Positions 30,083 to 40,053 of a stretch of DNA of 55,544 nt are shown piece by piece. Both the position numbers and the translations under genes were made by a program. Each line of letters begins with the position of its first letter. The first letter of the stretch is position 1. Origin of the DNA: Candidatus Yanofskybacteria bacterium (GTDB lineage Bacteria > Patescibacteriota > Minisyncoccia > 2-02-FULL-40-12 > GWA2-44-9). The notes below the pieces were generated by a model. It saw only the letters and a list, made by a program, of their open reading frames with translations. It did not search any database and had not been told where the DNA came from. Location: positions 1 through 55,544 of the forward strand of contig JAHFKT010000003.1 of assembly GCA_023245235.1 (NCBI GenBank), written 5' to 3'.

Positions 30083-31297
30083 CTAACTGCCACCCACTAA
30101 GCTGTAGATCGGCAGCAGGATACTTGATACCAGAATGGCCACCCCTGCCCCCAGGATCAGCACGAGGACCGGCTCGATCAATGTGGTGATGCTATTAATG
30201 GCGCTCTCAGATTCGGCCTTATAGTATTTGGAGATATGCTCAAGCATATAATCGAGCTTGCCGGTCCGTTCCCCTATCGAAACCATCGAGGTGAACAACG
30301 GGGGCATTTCCTGATGTCGCGCCATAACCTCCGAGATGCTGCCGCCGCTCCGCACATTATCCTCGGCCGCGAGCAGGATCTGATGGTAATTTTCATTTCC
30401 GACCAGTTCGGCCGATATATGCAGGGCATCCAGGATGGGGATACTCGATTTGATCAAAGTGGAAAGACTTTCAGAGATACGGGCCAAATATAAATTCCTG
30501 ACCACGATTCCTACCGAAGGAGCCTTGATCATGGCGTTATCGAGCCAAATCTTGCCGTTCGGCGAACGGATGAATCTGACCGCAATAACGATCCCGCCGA
30601 TCACCAGCGCGAGAATATAGTAAAGGTAAGCGTTGAAAAAATTGGTCGTGACGATAAGCATTCTCGTCGTGATCGGCAGATCCGCATAGGCGATGCCGGA
30701 GTCTTTGAACACCGACAATAGCTGCGGCAGTACGTAGATGGTCATGATGAAGGTGACCACGACCATTGCTGAAATAACAAAGGCCGGATAGACCAATGCC
30801 CCCGTGATCTTTGAGGTGATGCCCTGGCTTCGCTCAAGATAATCCGCCAGGTACATCAATGAGCTCTGGAGTTTGCCGGAAACTTCGCCGGCCTGGACCA
30901 GCTTGATGTAGAACGATCCGAACATCTGGGGATGGGCGGCCAGAGCCGCCGACAGCGATGAACCGCCCTCGACCGCAGAAGCCACCTCGATGAGGATCTT
31001 TCTCAGGGCCGCCTTCTCGACCTGCTGGCCAAGGGTGCGCAGCCCTTCGGCCAGGGGCATGTCGGCTTCGATGAGCGTTGACAGCTGGCGTGTGAATACG
31101 ACGATATCTTTTGTACTGACGCGCGAGAATGCCTGATTAATATCAACCGAGAACAGGTCCTTTTTGATGATCGTAAGCGAAAGGACTACGAAACCCTTGT
31201 CGTGGAGGATAGATACCGCCGAGTTCTCATTGGGGGCATCAATCGTGCCCTCGCTGATCTCGCCCGCCTGATTTTTTGCTTGATAATTGAATTCCAT
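30083..31297 (-). CDS. pilC: Type IV pilus platform protein (GspF/PilC family)
   Basis: 404 aa with duplicated GspF domains and polytopic topology. Confidence 0.9.
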   Translation of the reverse strand: MEFNYQAKNQAGEISEGTIDAPNENSAVSILHDKGFVVLSLTIIKKDLFSVDINQAFSRVSTKDIVVFTRQLSTLIEADMPLAEGLRTLGQQVEKAALRKILIEVASAVEGGSSLSAALAAHPQMFGSFYIKLVQAGEVSGKLQSSLMYLADYLERSQGITSKITGALVYPAFVISAMVVVTFIMTIYVLPQLLSVFKDSGIAYADLPITTRMLIVTTNFFNAYLYYILALVIGGIVIAVRFIRSPNGKIWLDNAMIKAPSVGIVVRNLYLARISESLSTLIKSSIPILDALHISAELVGNENYHQILLAAEDNVRSGGSISEVMARHQEMPPLFTSMVSIGERTGKLDYMLEHISKYYKAESESAINSITTLIEPVLVLILGAGVAILVSSILLPIYSLVGGS

Positions 31298-32358
31298 CAG
31301 TAGTTACGTAAGCTTTGAGGATTTGCAGAGTAGAACTCAGCCCGCTCGATGCTGATCTCCTTTCGGCGTACCAGGTCAGCCAGAGATCTGTCCAGGGAGA
31401 TCATACCGATATCCTGTCCGGTCTCGATCACCAGATCCAGCTGTCGGGGCCGGTTATCACGGATCAATGTTCGTACAGCGGCCGTGGCGATCATGACCTC
31501 AACCGCGGGAACGAGACCTCCCTGTATACGCGGAATGAGACGCTGGGATATTACCCCGGAGATAGTATTGGCCAGTTGATTTCTGATCTGGGACTGCTGG
31601 GTCGGCGGGAAACTGTCGATAATGCGCTCGATGGTCTGGGCCGCACTATTGGTATGAAGCGATGCGAATACGAGGTGGCCGGTTTCTGCAGCCGACACCG
31701 CCGCGCTCATCGTCTCGTAATCGCGCAGTTCCCCTATCATGAGCACATTCACATTCTCGCGGAACGCGGAACGGAGGGCTTTATTGAATGACAGGGTGTC
31801 CTGATAGACTTCGCGCTGGTCGATGATGCTTTTTTCCGGCGAGAACAGATATTCGATCGGGTCCTCGATAGTGATGATCTTCTCTCCCCGCTCACGGTTG
31901 ATAAGATCTACGAGCGCCGCCAATGTCGTTGACTTACCGTGGCCGTTCGGGCCGACCACCAATACGAATCCCTGGGACAGCTTCGTAAATATCTTCAGGA
32001 TCGGAGGCAAGTTCAGCTCCTCCAGATTTCTGACCTTATCGGGAATGAGGCGAAGGGTGGCCGCATAACCGCTTTTGGTCTGATAAGTATTCACACGAAA
32101 ACGGTTGCCACCTGCGGTCTCTATTGAAAAATCCACTTCTTTTTCGGAAAGAAAACGGGCTTTGCGCTCTTCTCCCAGGATTGCGAAAATTAATCCTTCG
32201 AGGGACTCTTTACTGAGGATCTCCTCATTGGTCAGCGCTATCAGCCTGCCGTCAACGCGGAGGGTCGGATAGTTCCCCGGTGAAAGATGAAGATCCGAAG
32301 CAGAGTTCTGTGCCGCCGTTGCGAGCAGTTGGTCCAAGTATCTTTTGGGATCGTCCAT
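31297..32358 (-). CDS. pilT: Type IV pilus retraction ATPase PilT
   Basis: Walker A GPNGHGKST, Asp box, AAVSAAETGHLVFASLHTNSA. I chose the internal ATG at 32358 to avoid overlapping pilB. Confidence 0.9.
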   Translation of the reverse strand: MDDPKRYLDQLLATAAQNSASDLHLSPGNYPTLRVDGRLIALTNEEILSKESLEGLIFAILGEERKARFLSEKEVDFSIETAGGNRFRVNTYQTKSGYAATLRLIPDKVRNLEELNLPPILKIFTKLSQGFVLVVGPNGHGKSTTLAALVDLINRERGEKIITIEDPIEYLFSPEKSIIDQREVYQDTLSFNKALRSAFRENVNVLMIGELRDYETMSAAVSAAETGHLVFASLHTNSAAQTIERIIDSFPPTQQSQIRNQLANTISGVISQRLIPRIQGGLVPAVEVMIATAAVRTLIRDNRPRQLDLVIETGQDIGMISLDRSLADLVRRKEISIERAEFYSANPQSLRNY

Positions 32359-32362
32359 AGAT

Positions 32363-34135
32363 TTATGCGCTATCTCCCGCTTGAGCGACCTCAAGCAGTT
32401 CTTCTAATGATACACCACCACGCAGTACTTTTAAAATTCCATCCTGATACATCGTGATCATTCCCTGGCGCCTTGCTTCGGCGCGCATAGCCGTTTCCGA
32501 GATCGTTCCCAGAATGATCTTTTCGAACTCCGGCGTCATCTCCATCGTTTCAAAGATACCGATCCGGCCCTTGAATGCCTTGCCTCCGCACTCTTTGCAG
32601 GGATTCTCGAGGTTGGGTTTGTAAATAGTATAGCCGTTCTTTGACAGGAGTTCCTTCTGATATGTCGCCGGCATGTCCAGGAGAGCAGTTTCGATGATCT
32701 TCACTTCGGCGGTATTCGCCTTGGTCTCAACTTTGCACGTTTCGCACAGGCGCCGGAGCAATCGTTGGGCCGCAGCGACATTGAGCGTGGAGGGAATAAG
32801 GTATCTTTCAACGTCCATATCGACCAAACGCGGTACGACGCCGATAGCATCATTGGTGTGTAGGGTTGATATGACAACATGGCCGGTCAACGCGGCCTGG
32901 GTCGCCAGTCCCGCGGTCTCCTTGTCGCGAATCTCGCCGACCATGATCACATCAGGGTCTTGCCGTAAAATATGGCGCAACCCGTCAGCGAACGTATAGC
33001 CGATCTCCTCGTGTATTTGCGATTGGTTCACGCCGTCCACAAAGTACTCGATCGGGTCTTCAAGGGTTACGATATTGATGTCTTCGGTGTTCATGCGCTT
33101 CAGCATTCCGGCCAATGTGGTCGATTTACCGGAACCGGTCGGACCGGTCATGAGGATGGAACCGAACGGTTTGGCCATCCCCCGCTCCACAACCTCGAGA
33201 TTACGGCCGTCCAGCCCGAGTTGGGGCAAGTCGATGTTACCGCTCAAGGGATCCAAGATACGCATCACTACCTTCTCGCCGTTCTTGGTCGGGAATGTCG
33301 AAACGCGAAAATCGATCTTCCGGTCATTGAGCCGGGTGGAAAAACGTCCGTCTTGAGCCAGCCGTGTCTCGTCTATCTTCAGGTCCGAAAGGATCTTAAT
33401 GCGGGTTACGACCGCGGAATGCAGGTCTTTGGGAAGCGTCAGGGCCGTGGTCAGGACGCCATCGATACGAAATCTTGTGCGCACCCGGTCCTCGAACGGC
33501 TCGATGTGGATATCGGATGCCCGCGAATCTACGGCATGGCGGATGATGACCGCGACGATCCTGGTAACCGGGGCTTCGGCAGTGATCTCCTCAAGGCTCT
33601 GGCCCGGAGCCGCCTTTACCTCCCTTTTTCCTATTTCTTCACCCAGTGATTTAAGGGCTTTGCCGACTTCGCCGGACAGGGTGCTGTAATTCTTCGTGAT
33701 AGAGTCGTAGTCCTTATAGGTGAGAACGTACTTTTCAAGCTTCAGGCTCTTACCGGAGGCGATGAATTTCAGTGCCTCAAGGGCTTCAACATCTTCGGGG
33801 TTTATCATGCCCACCTTGAGCGTGTCCTCAGTTTTTGCGAACGGTGTGACCTTGTAGAAGTTCATCACGTCCTGCGAGATCTCCCGCAGAACTTCCCGGT
33901 CAAGGTCGATATCAGCCAAGTGGAAGACCGGCAGACGGTATAGTTTCGATTTGAGCTCTGTCAGATCCTCATCAGAAATGATCCCCTGCTCGATCAGAAC
34001 CTGGCCGAGATCCTTATTCTCCGCTTTAACGGTCTCCTGGAGGGAGGCGAGCTGCTCCTCGGTTATATAGTTGCTCTTGATCAGCTCCTGAACGAGGGTT
34101 GTCGGAATTTGTTGAGGCATAAATAATGAAAGCAC
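32363..34135 (-). CDS. pilB: Type IV pilus assembly ATPase PilB/GspE
   Basis: 590 aa. Walker A GPTGSGKST, tetracysteine region CETC...CKECGG, N-terminal GSPII-like domain. Confidence 0.9.
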   Translation of the reverse strand: MLSLFMPQQIPTTLVQELIKSNYITEEQLASLQETVKAENKDLGQVLIEQGIISDEDLTELKSKLYRLPVFHLADIDLDREVLREISQDVMNFYKVTPFAKTEDTLKVGMINPEDVEALEALKFIASGKSLKLEKYVLTYKDYDSITKNYSTLSGEVGKALKSLGEEIGKREVKAAPGQSLEEITAEAPVTRIVAVIIRHAVDSRASDIHIEPFEDRVRTRFRIDGVLTTALTLPKDLHSAVVTRIKILSDLKIDETRLAQDGRFSTRLNDRKIDFRVSTFPTKNGEKVVMRILDPLSGNIDLPQLGLDGRNLEVVERGMAKPFGSILMTGPTGSGKSTTLAGMLKRMNTEDINIVTLEDPIEYFVDGVNQSQIHEEIGYTFADGLRHILRQDPDVIMVGEIRDKETAGLATQAALTGHVVISTLHTNDAIGVVPRLVDMDVERYLIPSTLNVAAAQRLLRRLCETCKVETKANTAEVKIIETALLDMPATYQKELLSKNGYTIYKPNLENPCKECGGKAFKGRIGIFETMEMTPEFEKIILGTISETAMRAEARRQGMITMYQDGILKVLRGGVSLEELLEVAQAGDSA

Positions 34136-34179
34136 AAGCTTTTCTGTGCTTTGCGGCTATCAGTAAGAATTAAGGATTA

Positions 34180-34455
34180 TTACGGAGCAAAAAGATCTTT
34201 CTTGCCGGTAATCCCCGGATTGACCGGCGCTTCTCCGAATACGCTGAGAGACTTATATACGGTATCGTTGAGAATGGAGAAGTCGAGCTTCAGGTCCTGG
34301 AATGCCCTCAGGTCGTCATTAGCAGCGACCGGTGCCGGCGGCGTGGTCGCTTCGCTCGGTTTGATGGTCTGGGAGTAATAAAGGTATCCGCCGACGATGC
34401 CGACGAGAACAATGAGGAATCCGAATAATTTTGCGTTACTGGTTGGATTGGCCAT
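34180..34455 (-). CDS. Small single-TM protein in the pilMNO operon (unknown function)
   Basis: 91 aa. TM LFGFLIVLVGIVGGYLYY. Start overlaps the pilO stop. Confidence 0.5.
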   Translation of the reverse strand: MANPTSNAKLFGFLIVLVGIVGGYLYYSQTIKPSEATTPPAPVAANDDLRAFQDLKLDFSILNDTVYKSLSVFGEAPVNPGITGKKDLFAP

Positions 34456-34982
34456 TATTTTAAGAAATAAGCATTTGCTCTGATATGAAAGCTGATCACG
34501 GTGTCGCTTCCGCCTACCGGGGCGGCATCAAGGGTCAGGATGTCGATGATACGGATATTACGGTTCAAGGCGGACAAGAACGAGCGGAATGCCGGATAGG
34601 AGCCGGAGACGTTCATATCCATGATCTGGTTGTAATAGGGCGCAGAGGTCTGGGACTGGCCTCCGGGCATATTCAGCGTGTTCAATACCACTCCATTCTG
34701 GCTGGCAAGCGCTTGAAGGGCTGAAACCAGTTCGGCCGCACTTCGCTTGGCGGGCAGCACATTCGAGAACCGCTGGAGATCTGCCGCCCGGTCGGCGAGC
34801 TGCTTTGAGAGGGCGTTGATCTTGGCGATGGTTGCGGCACGGTTCACCAGAATGGCACTGCGGTCGGCTAAAGCCGCGCGCATATCCGCGATCTCATCGT
34901 AGGTCGGCACGGCCAAGACCCAGAATAGCAGTCCGGCCAGAGCAACCAATATTGTTCCGAAATATATTTTGGCCTGGTTCAT
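34455..34982 (-). CDS. pilO: PilO-like pilus assembly protein
   Basis: 175 aa with N-terminal TM, coiled-coil and C-terminal ferredoxin-like region. Sits downstream of pilN. Confidence 0.6.
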   Translation of the reverse strand: MNQAKIYFGTILVALAGLLFWVLAVPTYDEIADMRAALADRSAILVNRAATIAKINALSKQLADRAADLQRFSNVLPAKRSAAELVSALQALASQNGVVLNTLNMPGGQSQTSAPYYNQIMDMNVSGSYPAFRSFLSALNRNIRIIDILTLDAAPVGGSDTVISFHIRANAYFLK

Positions 34983-35539
34983 TGGGAATTTTTGACGAAC
35001 TTCGCCGGATCAAAAGTTATTTTTGCACTGAAATCAAGCTTGCCGCTGGTCAGTGAGGTTACGCTGTCGAGACTGATGTCTTTCACGGCATCGTCGGCAA
35101 CATATGCTGCGATCTGCTGAGCGATCGTCGCATAGTTATCGGTCCAGGCGTGGATATGGAAACTTCCGTCACTGACGATGCCGGAGAAGGACTTGAACTG
35201 TACATTGGATTTCGTTGCCGCTTCGATCTTCGACAGACCGATCGACCAGTCCGTGTGGTTCCTTAGTATCTGAGAAGTGGTCGCGACTTGCTTTGAAACC
35301 GTCAGAAGGGCCGCTTCGGATTTTTTGTTGCGCTGTTTCTCCAGAGCCGCCAGCTGATTGTCGGCATCGCTGATACTGACCTGAAGGCTGCTTCGGTACA
35401 TATAGAGACCGGCATATGCAAGCAAAACCAGCACCAGTAGGGCGCTTCCGATATAGACCATCCTATTTTCTCCCGGGACTTTAACCTCTATCCTCTTGCG
35501 GGTCTCCGGAAGGAGTTGTAATCCCCCTTTGTCTGCCAT
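34979..35539 (-). CDS. pilN: PilN-like pilus assembly protein
   Basis: 186 aa. LQLLPE N-terminal motif, single TM, coiled coil. Confidence 0.6.
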   Translation of the reverse strand: MADKGGLQLLPETRKRIEVKVPGENRMVYIGSALLVLVLLAYAGLYMYRSSLQVSISDADNQLAALEKQRNKKSEAALLTVSKQVATTSQILRNHTDWSIGLSKIEAATKSNVQFKSFSGIVSDGSFHIHAWTDNYATIAQQIAAYVADDAVKDISLDSVTSLTSGKLDFSAKITFDPAKFVKNSQ

Positions 35540-35621
35540 CAGGAATTAAATAAAGATTACTCCTCCATTATATCTCAACCAGACGACTCGGCCATCATTT
35601 GTTATCAACATTGATATTATC

Positions 35622-36395
35622 TTAACTGACCGGAGGGCCGCTCAGTGGTTCTTGAGGCCCGGCCGGCGGAGCAGCGGGCGGCATCCCGCCGCTGTTCTTC
35701 TTGTGGCGCATAAAGAGCCACAGGACGAGCACAATGACCGCAAGAATTAACAACCCAAGCATCAGATAGACGGATAGATTACCGGTCGAACTCGTGCTTC
35801 CCGCATAGGGCTGGATACCGGGACCCCCGGTATTTAAGGGACTGGCTGAAAGTTGTGCCGGGGAACCAGCCACCTGACCACAGGCGTATTCAGCTGCGCC
35901 TACAAGAGCCGCCACCGTCAGCTTCGCTTCAGAGGACGCCGCGATCAAAAAGAAATATGTCCCCTTCTGGGCAAATATGCTCACGCTGCCGTTGTCTTGT
36001 TTCACAGAATAGTACCGGTCGCATTGAACCCCCGTTGATATAGATGATGCACCGGGATAACTTTTCTGTATCCCGTTAAAACCATTTGTGAAGATCAGGT
36101 CAGCGGCTGATCGGTCTACGTAACTATCCATATTTCCGGTGACATCCGCATACGGCGTGGTGCTTCCATGGAATACGCACATTCCCGCAGAGGCCGAACT
36201 GCTTCCGGAGAAAACACCCGTAGCGTATACGGGTTGTCCCAGGAGCTGCTCCATCTGTCCGGCGGGATAATATTTCAATACTTCTGCCGGACAAGGAGGA
36301 AGCACCGGCGTTGTGGGAGCGGTTGCAGCCAGCCCTATTGAGGGCAAGGCCAAAGCAAGCAACAACAGTAAAGTCTGAAAAGAATTTTTCCTCAT
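35622..36395 (-). CDS. Secreted, C-terminally anchored protein with Pro-rich cytoplasmic tail (unknown function)
   Basis: ATG chosen at 36395 (MRKNSFQTLLLLLALALPSIGLA signal peptide). C-terminal TM LMLGLLILAVIVLVLWLF followed by PPAAPPAGPQEPLSGPP. Confidence 0.55.
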   Translation of the reverse strand: MRKNSFQTLLLLLALALPSIGLAATAPTTPVLPPCPAEVLKYYPAGQMEQLLGQPVYATGVFSGSSSASAGMCVFHGSTTPYADVTGNMDSYVDRSAADLIFTNGFNGIQKSYPGASSISTGVQCDRYYSVKQDNGSVSIFAQKGTYFFLIAASSEAKLTVAALVGAAEYACGQVAGSPAQLSASPLNTGGPGIQPYAGSTSSTGNLSVYLMLGLLILAVIVLVLWLFMRHKKNSGGMPPAAPPAGPQEPLSGPPVS

Positions 36396-36426
36396 GAAGC
36401 GGTGAGTTGTGCGGGAGATGACTATT

Positions 36427-36837
36427 TCAGAAAGTAAACTTACTGCCCAGTCCTCCGATAAGAGGAAGAGGGGCCATCTTACCGGTGGCTGCATTCACTA
36501 AACCCAGGATATCAATAATAAAGAGACCCAAAGATACGAGAGAGAAGAGCAAGGTCAAGAATCCGAGACCAAGTGTGGCAAGAATAATTCCGAGCGTAGA
36601 AGCCACGAAACCCCAGATGATGGCCACGATAATAAGGGCCAATCCCTGCTTGATGTGGAACTTAACGAACGGATCCTTCGATGCCCCGGTCAAGAACGGT
36701 ACAATAATAAGAATGCCCAGGTATGCCAAGACGGCCATTACTTTATTGCCCGAGAGATCTATCTGGCCCGCCGGCGGGGCTGAGGGTGCTACTGGTGTTG
36801 TCGGAGCCGCCTGTGGAGCTTGCATTTCTTCCGCCAT
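36427..36837 (-). CDS. DUF4870-family membrane protein
   Basis: AVLAYLGILIIVPFLTGASKDPFVKFHIKQGLALIIV is the DUF4870 signature. ATG at 36837 is preferred over the GTG at 36852. Confidence 0.6.
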   Translation of the reverse strand: MAEEMQAPQAAPTTPVAPSAPPAGQIDLSGNKVMAVLAYLGILIIVPFLTGASKDPFVKFHIKQGLALIIVAIIWGFVASTLGIILATLGLGFLTLLFSLVSLGLFIIDILGLVNAATGKMAPLPLIGGLGSKFTF

Positions 36838-36907
36838 AATTTTGAGCCCCACTCGCTCCCCTTTTCGGACGGAAAGCGATTAAGAGCGATTAATGACCGC
36901 GTAGTTA

Positions 36908-37960
36908 CTAGATGTCCCGCATCGCCAAACCGGCTGCGACTGCGAAGGTGCTTGAAAGTTCCTGGATAACCGGCTGAAGTCCCGGTGGGTACGTTACCCG
37001 GGCAAACGCATTGCCGAGAAAAACATCGCGTCCGAGCTTTTCCTTAAAATAGTTCAGGAAGTTCGGCATATTGACCATACCGCCGACAAGCAACACCCGG
37101 GCCACCTGCTTATTTTTAGATTGTTCGTAGGATGAGATGGTCTTTTTCGTTTCGAACGCCATCATGTCGATCAACGAAAGCATGGCCTGGTTGATGATGT
37201 TCTCGTCCAGGTCCTTTAGTCCAAGGCGTTTCTTAAGGTCATCGGCCTTCTCAAGGCTCACGTTCAGTGAGCGGGCGATGGATTTTGTGATCTCAAAGCC
37301 GCCCACTTCGTAGTTGTGCGATAGCCGCTCGTACCCTTTATCGACAATCAGGATCGAAGTGCTGCGCCCGCCGATATTGATCACTGCCGTTGTAGAGAGG
37401 TCATTACCCAAGAGTCCTCGTATCAATGCCGAGTTCTCAAGTTCAAGTGCTTTGAGGTTCAGTCCCGCGCCGCTCATGATGCCCTGATAACGTACGGTTT
37501 CGTCTTTCGGAACCGCGGCCAGGAACACCTCCACGGTCGGTTTCGGTCCGGTGCCTGTGATTCCGATGATGGACCAGTCCAGGATGACCTCGTCCAGCGG
37601 TATCGGCACGTACTTCCGGGCTTCGAAGGGAATCGCCTTCGCCAGCTCTTGCTCCGAGAGATACGGAAGTTCGATGACAGTGGCGAATGTCGAGAAGGAA
37701 GGGATCGAAGCAATGACGTCCTTGGCGTTAATCTTCGAGCTCTTCAGAACTTCCTTGATGCCCCAGATTATCTCTTCATCGGGCAGCTTGAGGATGCTTT
37801 GGTCGACCGAAGTTGGAATTTTGACGTTCTTAAGCTCAAAGATACCGTAGTTATCGAGGACAAAACGGCCGCTCTTCTTCTCGAGCTCTACGATCTTGAT
37901 TGATGCCGTTCCGATATCGATACCGAGTTTGCTTTTTGGAGCGAAAAGATTCAATGCCAT
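36908..37960 (-). CDS. pilM: Type IV pilus assembly ATPase-like protein PilM (actin fold)
   Basis: 350 aa. LGIDIGTASIKIVEL phosphate-1 motif, VINIGGRSTSI, LLVGGMVNMP. Confidence 0.9.
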   Translation of the reverse strand: MALNLFAPKSKLGIDIGTASIKIVELEKKSGRFVLDNYGIFELKNVKIPTSVDQSILKLPDEEIIWGIKEVLKSSKINAKDVIASIPSFSTFATVIELPYLSEQELAKAIPFEARKYVPIPLDEVILDWSIIGITGTGPKPTVEVFLAAVPKDETVRYQGIMSGAGLNLKALELENSALIRGLLGNDLSTTAVINIGGRSTSILIVDKGYERLSHNYEVGGFEITKSIARSLNVSLEKADDLKKRLGLKDLDENIINQAMLSLIDMMAFETKKTISSYEQSKNKQVARVLLVGGMVNMPNFLNYFKEKLGRDVFLGNAFARVTYPPGLQPVIQELSSTFAVAAGLAMRDI

Positions 37961-38025
37961 GATCCGAACTAGTTATTGACCCGACACATTAATTTAAGTA
38001 TAGCATAAGCAATATTATTCAATAT

Positions 38026-38748
38026 ATGGCTTATCCCCACACAATCTTCGGATGGTTTCTGGAGCTGTTATTCCCCTACCGGTGCCTGTCGTGCAGGCGG
38101 TACCTGGACCGGGAGTATATCTGTCGGCCCTGTTTTAACCGGTTGCCGATAAAGGGGCAGGGTGAATGCGTCGGCTGCAGCCGTCCATCGCCCGATGGCA
38201 TGACATGCATCTTATGCAAAGACGGGTATCAGCTTGACCAGCTTATGGTCGTGAGCGATTTTAACGATCCGGCCGTCGCAATGCTCATCAGGAGAATGAA
38301 ATACGGGTTCATCCGGGACCTTGTGGAACCGCTCCATAGGCTCTCCCGAAAATATCTGTTGTACCGTGCAAAGAAAGGCCGCTCGTTCATTCAGGATAAT
38401 CCCCTGCTCGTTCCGGTACCGCTCCACATAGTAAGGGAGCAATGGCGGGGGTTCAATCAGGCGGCTCTTTTGGGAGAAAGCATTGCCGGCACGTATCAAC
38501 TTGAACTTGTCCACGCACTCGAATGTACTCGGCACAAAACCCATCAGGCCGAAATTCTTGAACGTAACCGGCGTATCGAGAATGTCCGCGGGTTGTATCA
38601 ATGTATCGACCCGAATTTGATAAGAGGAAGAAAAGTCATGCTCATTGACGATGTATGCACCACCGGAGCCACCCTCAATGAATGTGCGGCAGTCCTGAAA
38701 GCCTCGGGAGCATGCTCCGTCAGCGCACTGGTGATCGCCAGAGGTTAG
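38026..38748 (+). CDS. comFC: ComF-family phosphoribosyltransferase-like competence protein
   Basis: 240 aa. N-terminal Zn-finger Cys pairs (CLSCRR...CRPC...CVGC) and PRT motif VMLIDDVCTTGATL. Confidence 0.85.
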   Translation: MAYPHTIFGWFLELLFPYRCLSCRRYLDREYICRPCFNRLPIKGQGECVGCSRPSPDGMTCILCKDGYQLDQLMVVSDFNDPAVAMLIRRMKYGFIRDLVEPLHRLSRKYLLYRAKKGRSFIQDNPLLVPVPLHIVREQWRGFNQAALLGESIAGTYQLELVHALECTRHKTHQAEILERNRRIENVRGLYQCIDPNLIRGRKVMLIDDVCTTGATLNECAAVLKASGACSVSALVIARG

Positions 38749-38759
38749 GAGATCGTTTT

Positions 38760-39335
38760 TCAGGATAGTACGTAACCTGAGAGGAGAATTGCAATCAGGC
38801 TCAGTGCAATGGCGAGATCGGTTGAATGAGCATTCCACCAGGAGACGGCCGTCAGGTCATTGAAAACCGATGTTTCTGAATATGGGCCGGAGTCATTAAC
38901 GGCGTCATCCGATTGAGATTTATTCGGATCCTGATCCCACGATACTACCGTGCCGTCCTGGTAGATCTGGTACGCCCTCCATTGCAATGTCGTCGGTTGG
39001 GAAGGAACCTGGGCGCCGAACACGAAGTCATCGCGCTCGTCCGGCGGAATGTATCCTCCGGTCCAGTCGATCTCCGAGACGGCATCGCCATTTTTCTTGA
39101 CAGTGATGTGCCAGCCAGGTTTTACGTTCGGCAGAACTTCCTCTAATCCGGAGGGGATCAAAAGGCGCAGTCCGACCGTGGCCACCTCTTTTTCAACCGG
39201 TACGCTCACGCTGAAGATCTGGAATGTCCCGATGCCGGCGGTATTGGGGTGCACGGCCACATGAGCAAACGCAGTTTGAACTGCAGCTGTTATTGCCGCA
39301 AGAATGAGGCAGGAGATTATGAGAATTCGTTTCAT
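38760..39335 (-). CDS. YcnI-family (DUF1775) copper-binding protein
   Basis: 191 aa. Signal peptide ending AFA|HVAVHPN (mature N-terminal His), KPGWHITV, C-terminal TM. Confidence 0.8.
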   Translation of the reverse strand: MKRILIISCLILAAITAAVQTAFAHVAVHPNTAGIGTFQIFSVSVPVEKEVATVGLRLLIPSGLEEVLPNVKPGWHITVKKNGDAVSEIDWTGGYIPPDERDDFVFGAQVPSQPTTLQWRAYQIYQDGTVVSWDQDPNKSQSDDAVNDSGPYSETSVFNDLTAVSWWNAHSTDLAIALSLIAILLSGYVLS

Positions 39336-39338
39336 GGT

Positions 39339-39860
39339 TTATATTGCTCTGCGTCTAAAATATATCACAGTTAAGCAGACACCTACTGCCAGCGCAACGC
39401 CGCCGGCAGTAGGTGTCTCTATGTAACTGAAAATCGGAGGTCTGGGCGGTTCCCGGTCAACCCGCAGATCATATTGGACTTTGAACGACTGAAATGCCTT
39501 AGCGATTTTTGGGTTTCCCACGACCGCAATGCCGTAAACTGCCGTCTCGGGAAAAGTAAACGGTACATGAAAGGAATATACGCTCAACCCCTCGATGGGC
39601 TGGGGTTGTCCATTGAACAGATCGTGACCCCGGAGCGCGATCGTCACGGTGCAATCGCATCTGGCCAGTGTGAACCCATCGGTATCGTCGGTCACGAAGA
39701 AGAGGAGGTCGGCCGGACGGGTAATGATCGGGTCATCGGCCGGACTTGTGTGGAGCATAATGCTGATCGTGCCGTCAGTTTTAATAATATGTGCCATAGC
39801 CGGCTGAACAAAGCCCGACAGAAGAGCGAGGATCAAAGAAACAAAAATATAGTTCCTCAT
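39339..39860 (-). CDS. Secreted, C-terminally anchored protein with predicted mature N-terminal His (unknown function)
   Basis: 173 aa. Signal peptide ending AMA|HIIKTDG, beta-rich middle, C-terminal TM GGVALAVGVCLTVIYF. Confidence 0.55.
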   Translation of the reverse strand: MRNYIFVSLILALLSGFVQPAMAHIIKTDGTISIMLHTSPADDPIITRPADLLFFVTDDTDGFTLARCDCTVTIALRGHDLFNGQPQPIEGLSVYSFHVPFTFPETAVYGIAVVGNPKIAKAFQSFKVQYDLRVDREPPRPPIFSYIETPTAGGVALAVGVCLTVIYFRRRAI

Positions 39861-39868
39861 GGTATGGG

Positions 39869-39957
39869 CGGAGGCGGGAGGATTCGAACCTCCGGTCCGG
39901 TTTTACCCGAACACCTCTTTAGCAAAGAGGTACATTAGACCACTCTGACACGCCTCC
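39869..39957 (-). tRNA. tRNA-Ser (anticodon GCT)
   Basis: Acceptor GGAGGCG/CGCCTCC, discriminator G, anticodon loop TTGCTAA, long variable arm, T-arm GGAGG-TTCGAAT-CCTCC. No encoded CCA. Confidence 0.9.
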
Positions 39958-40053
39958 AAATTCAAGCAAATTTTATCATAAAAATCGGCCTCTGGCAATC
40001 GCGAAAGTTCGAGAGAATCCTCCCGTAGTCACCTTTATGCTATACTTTCCGAT

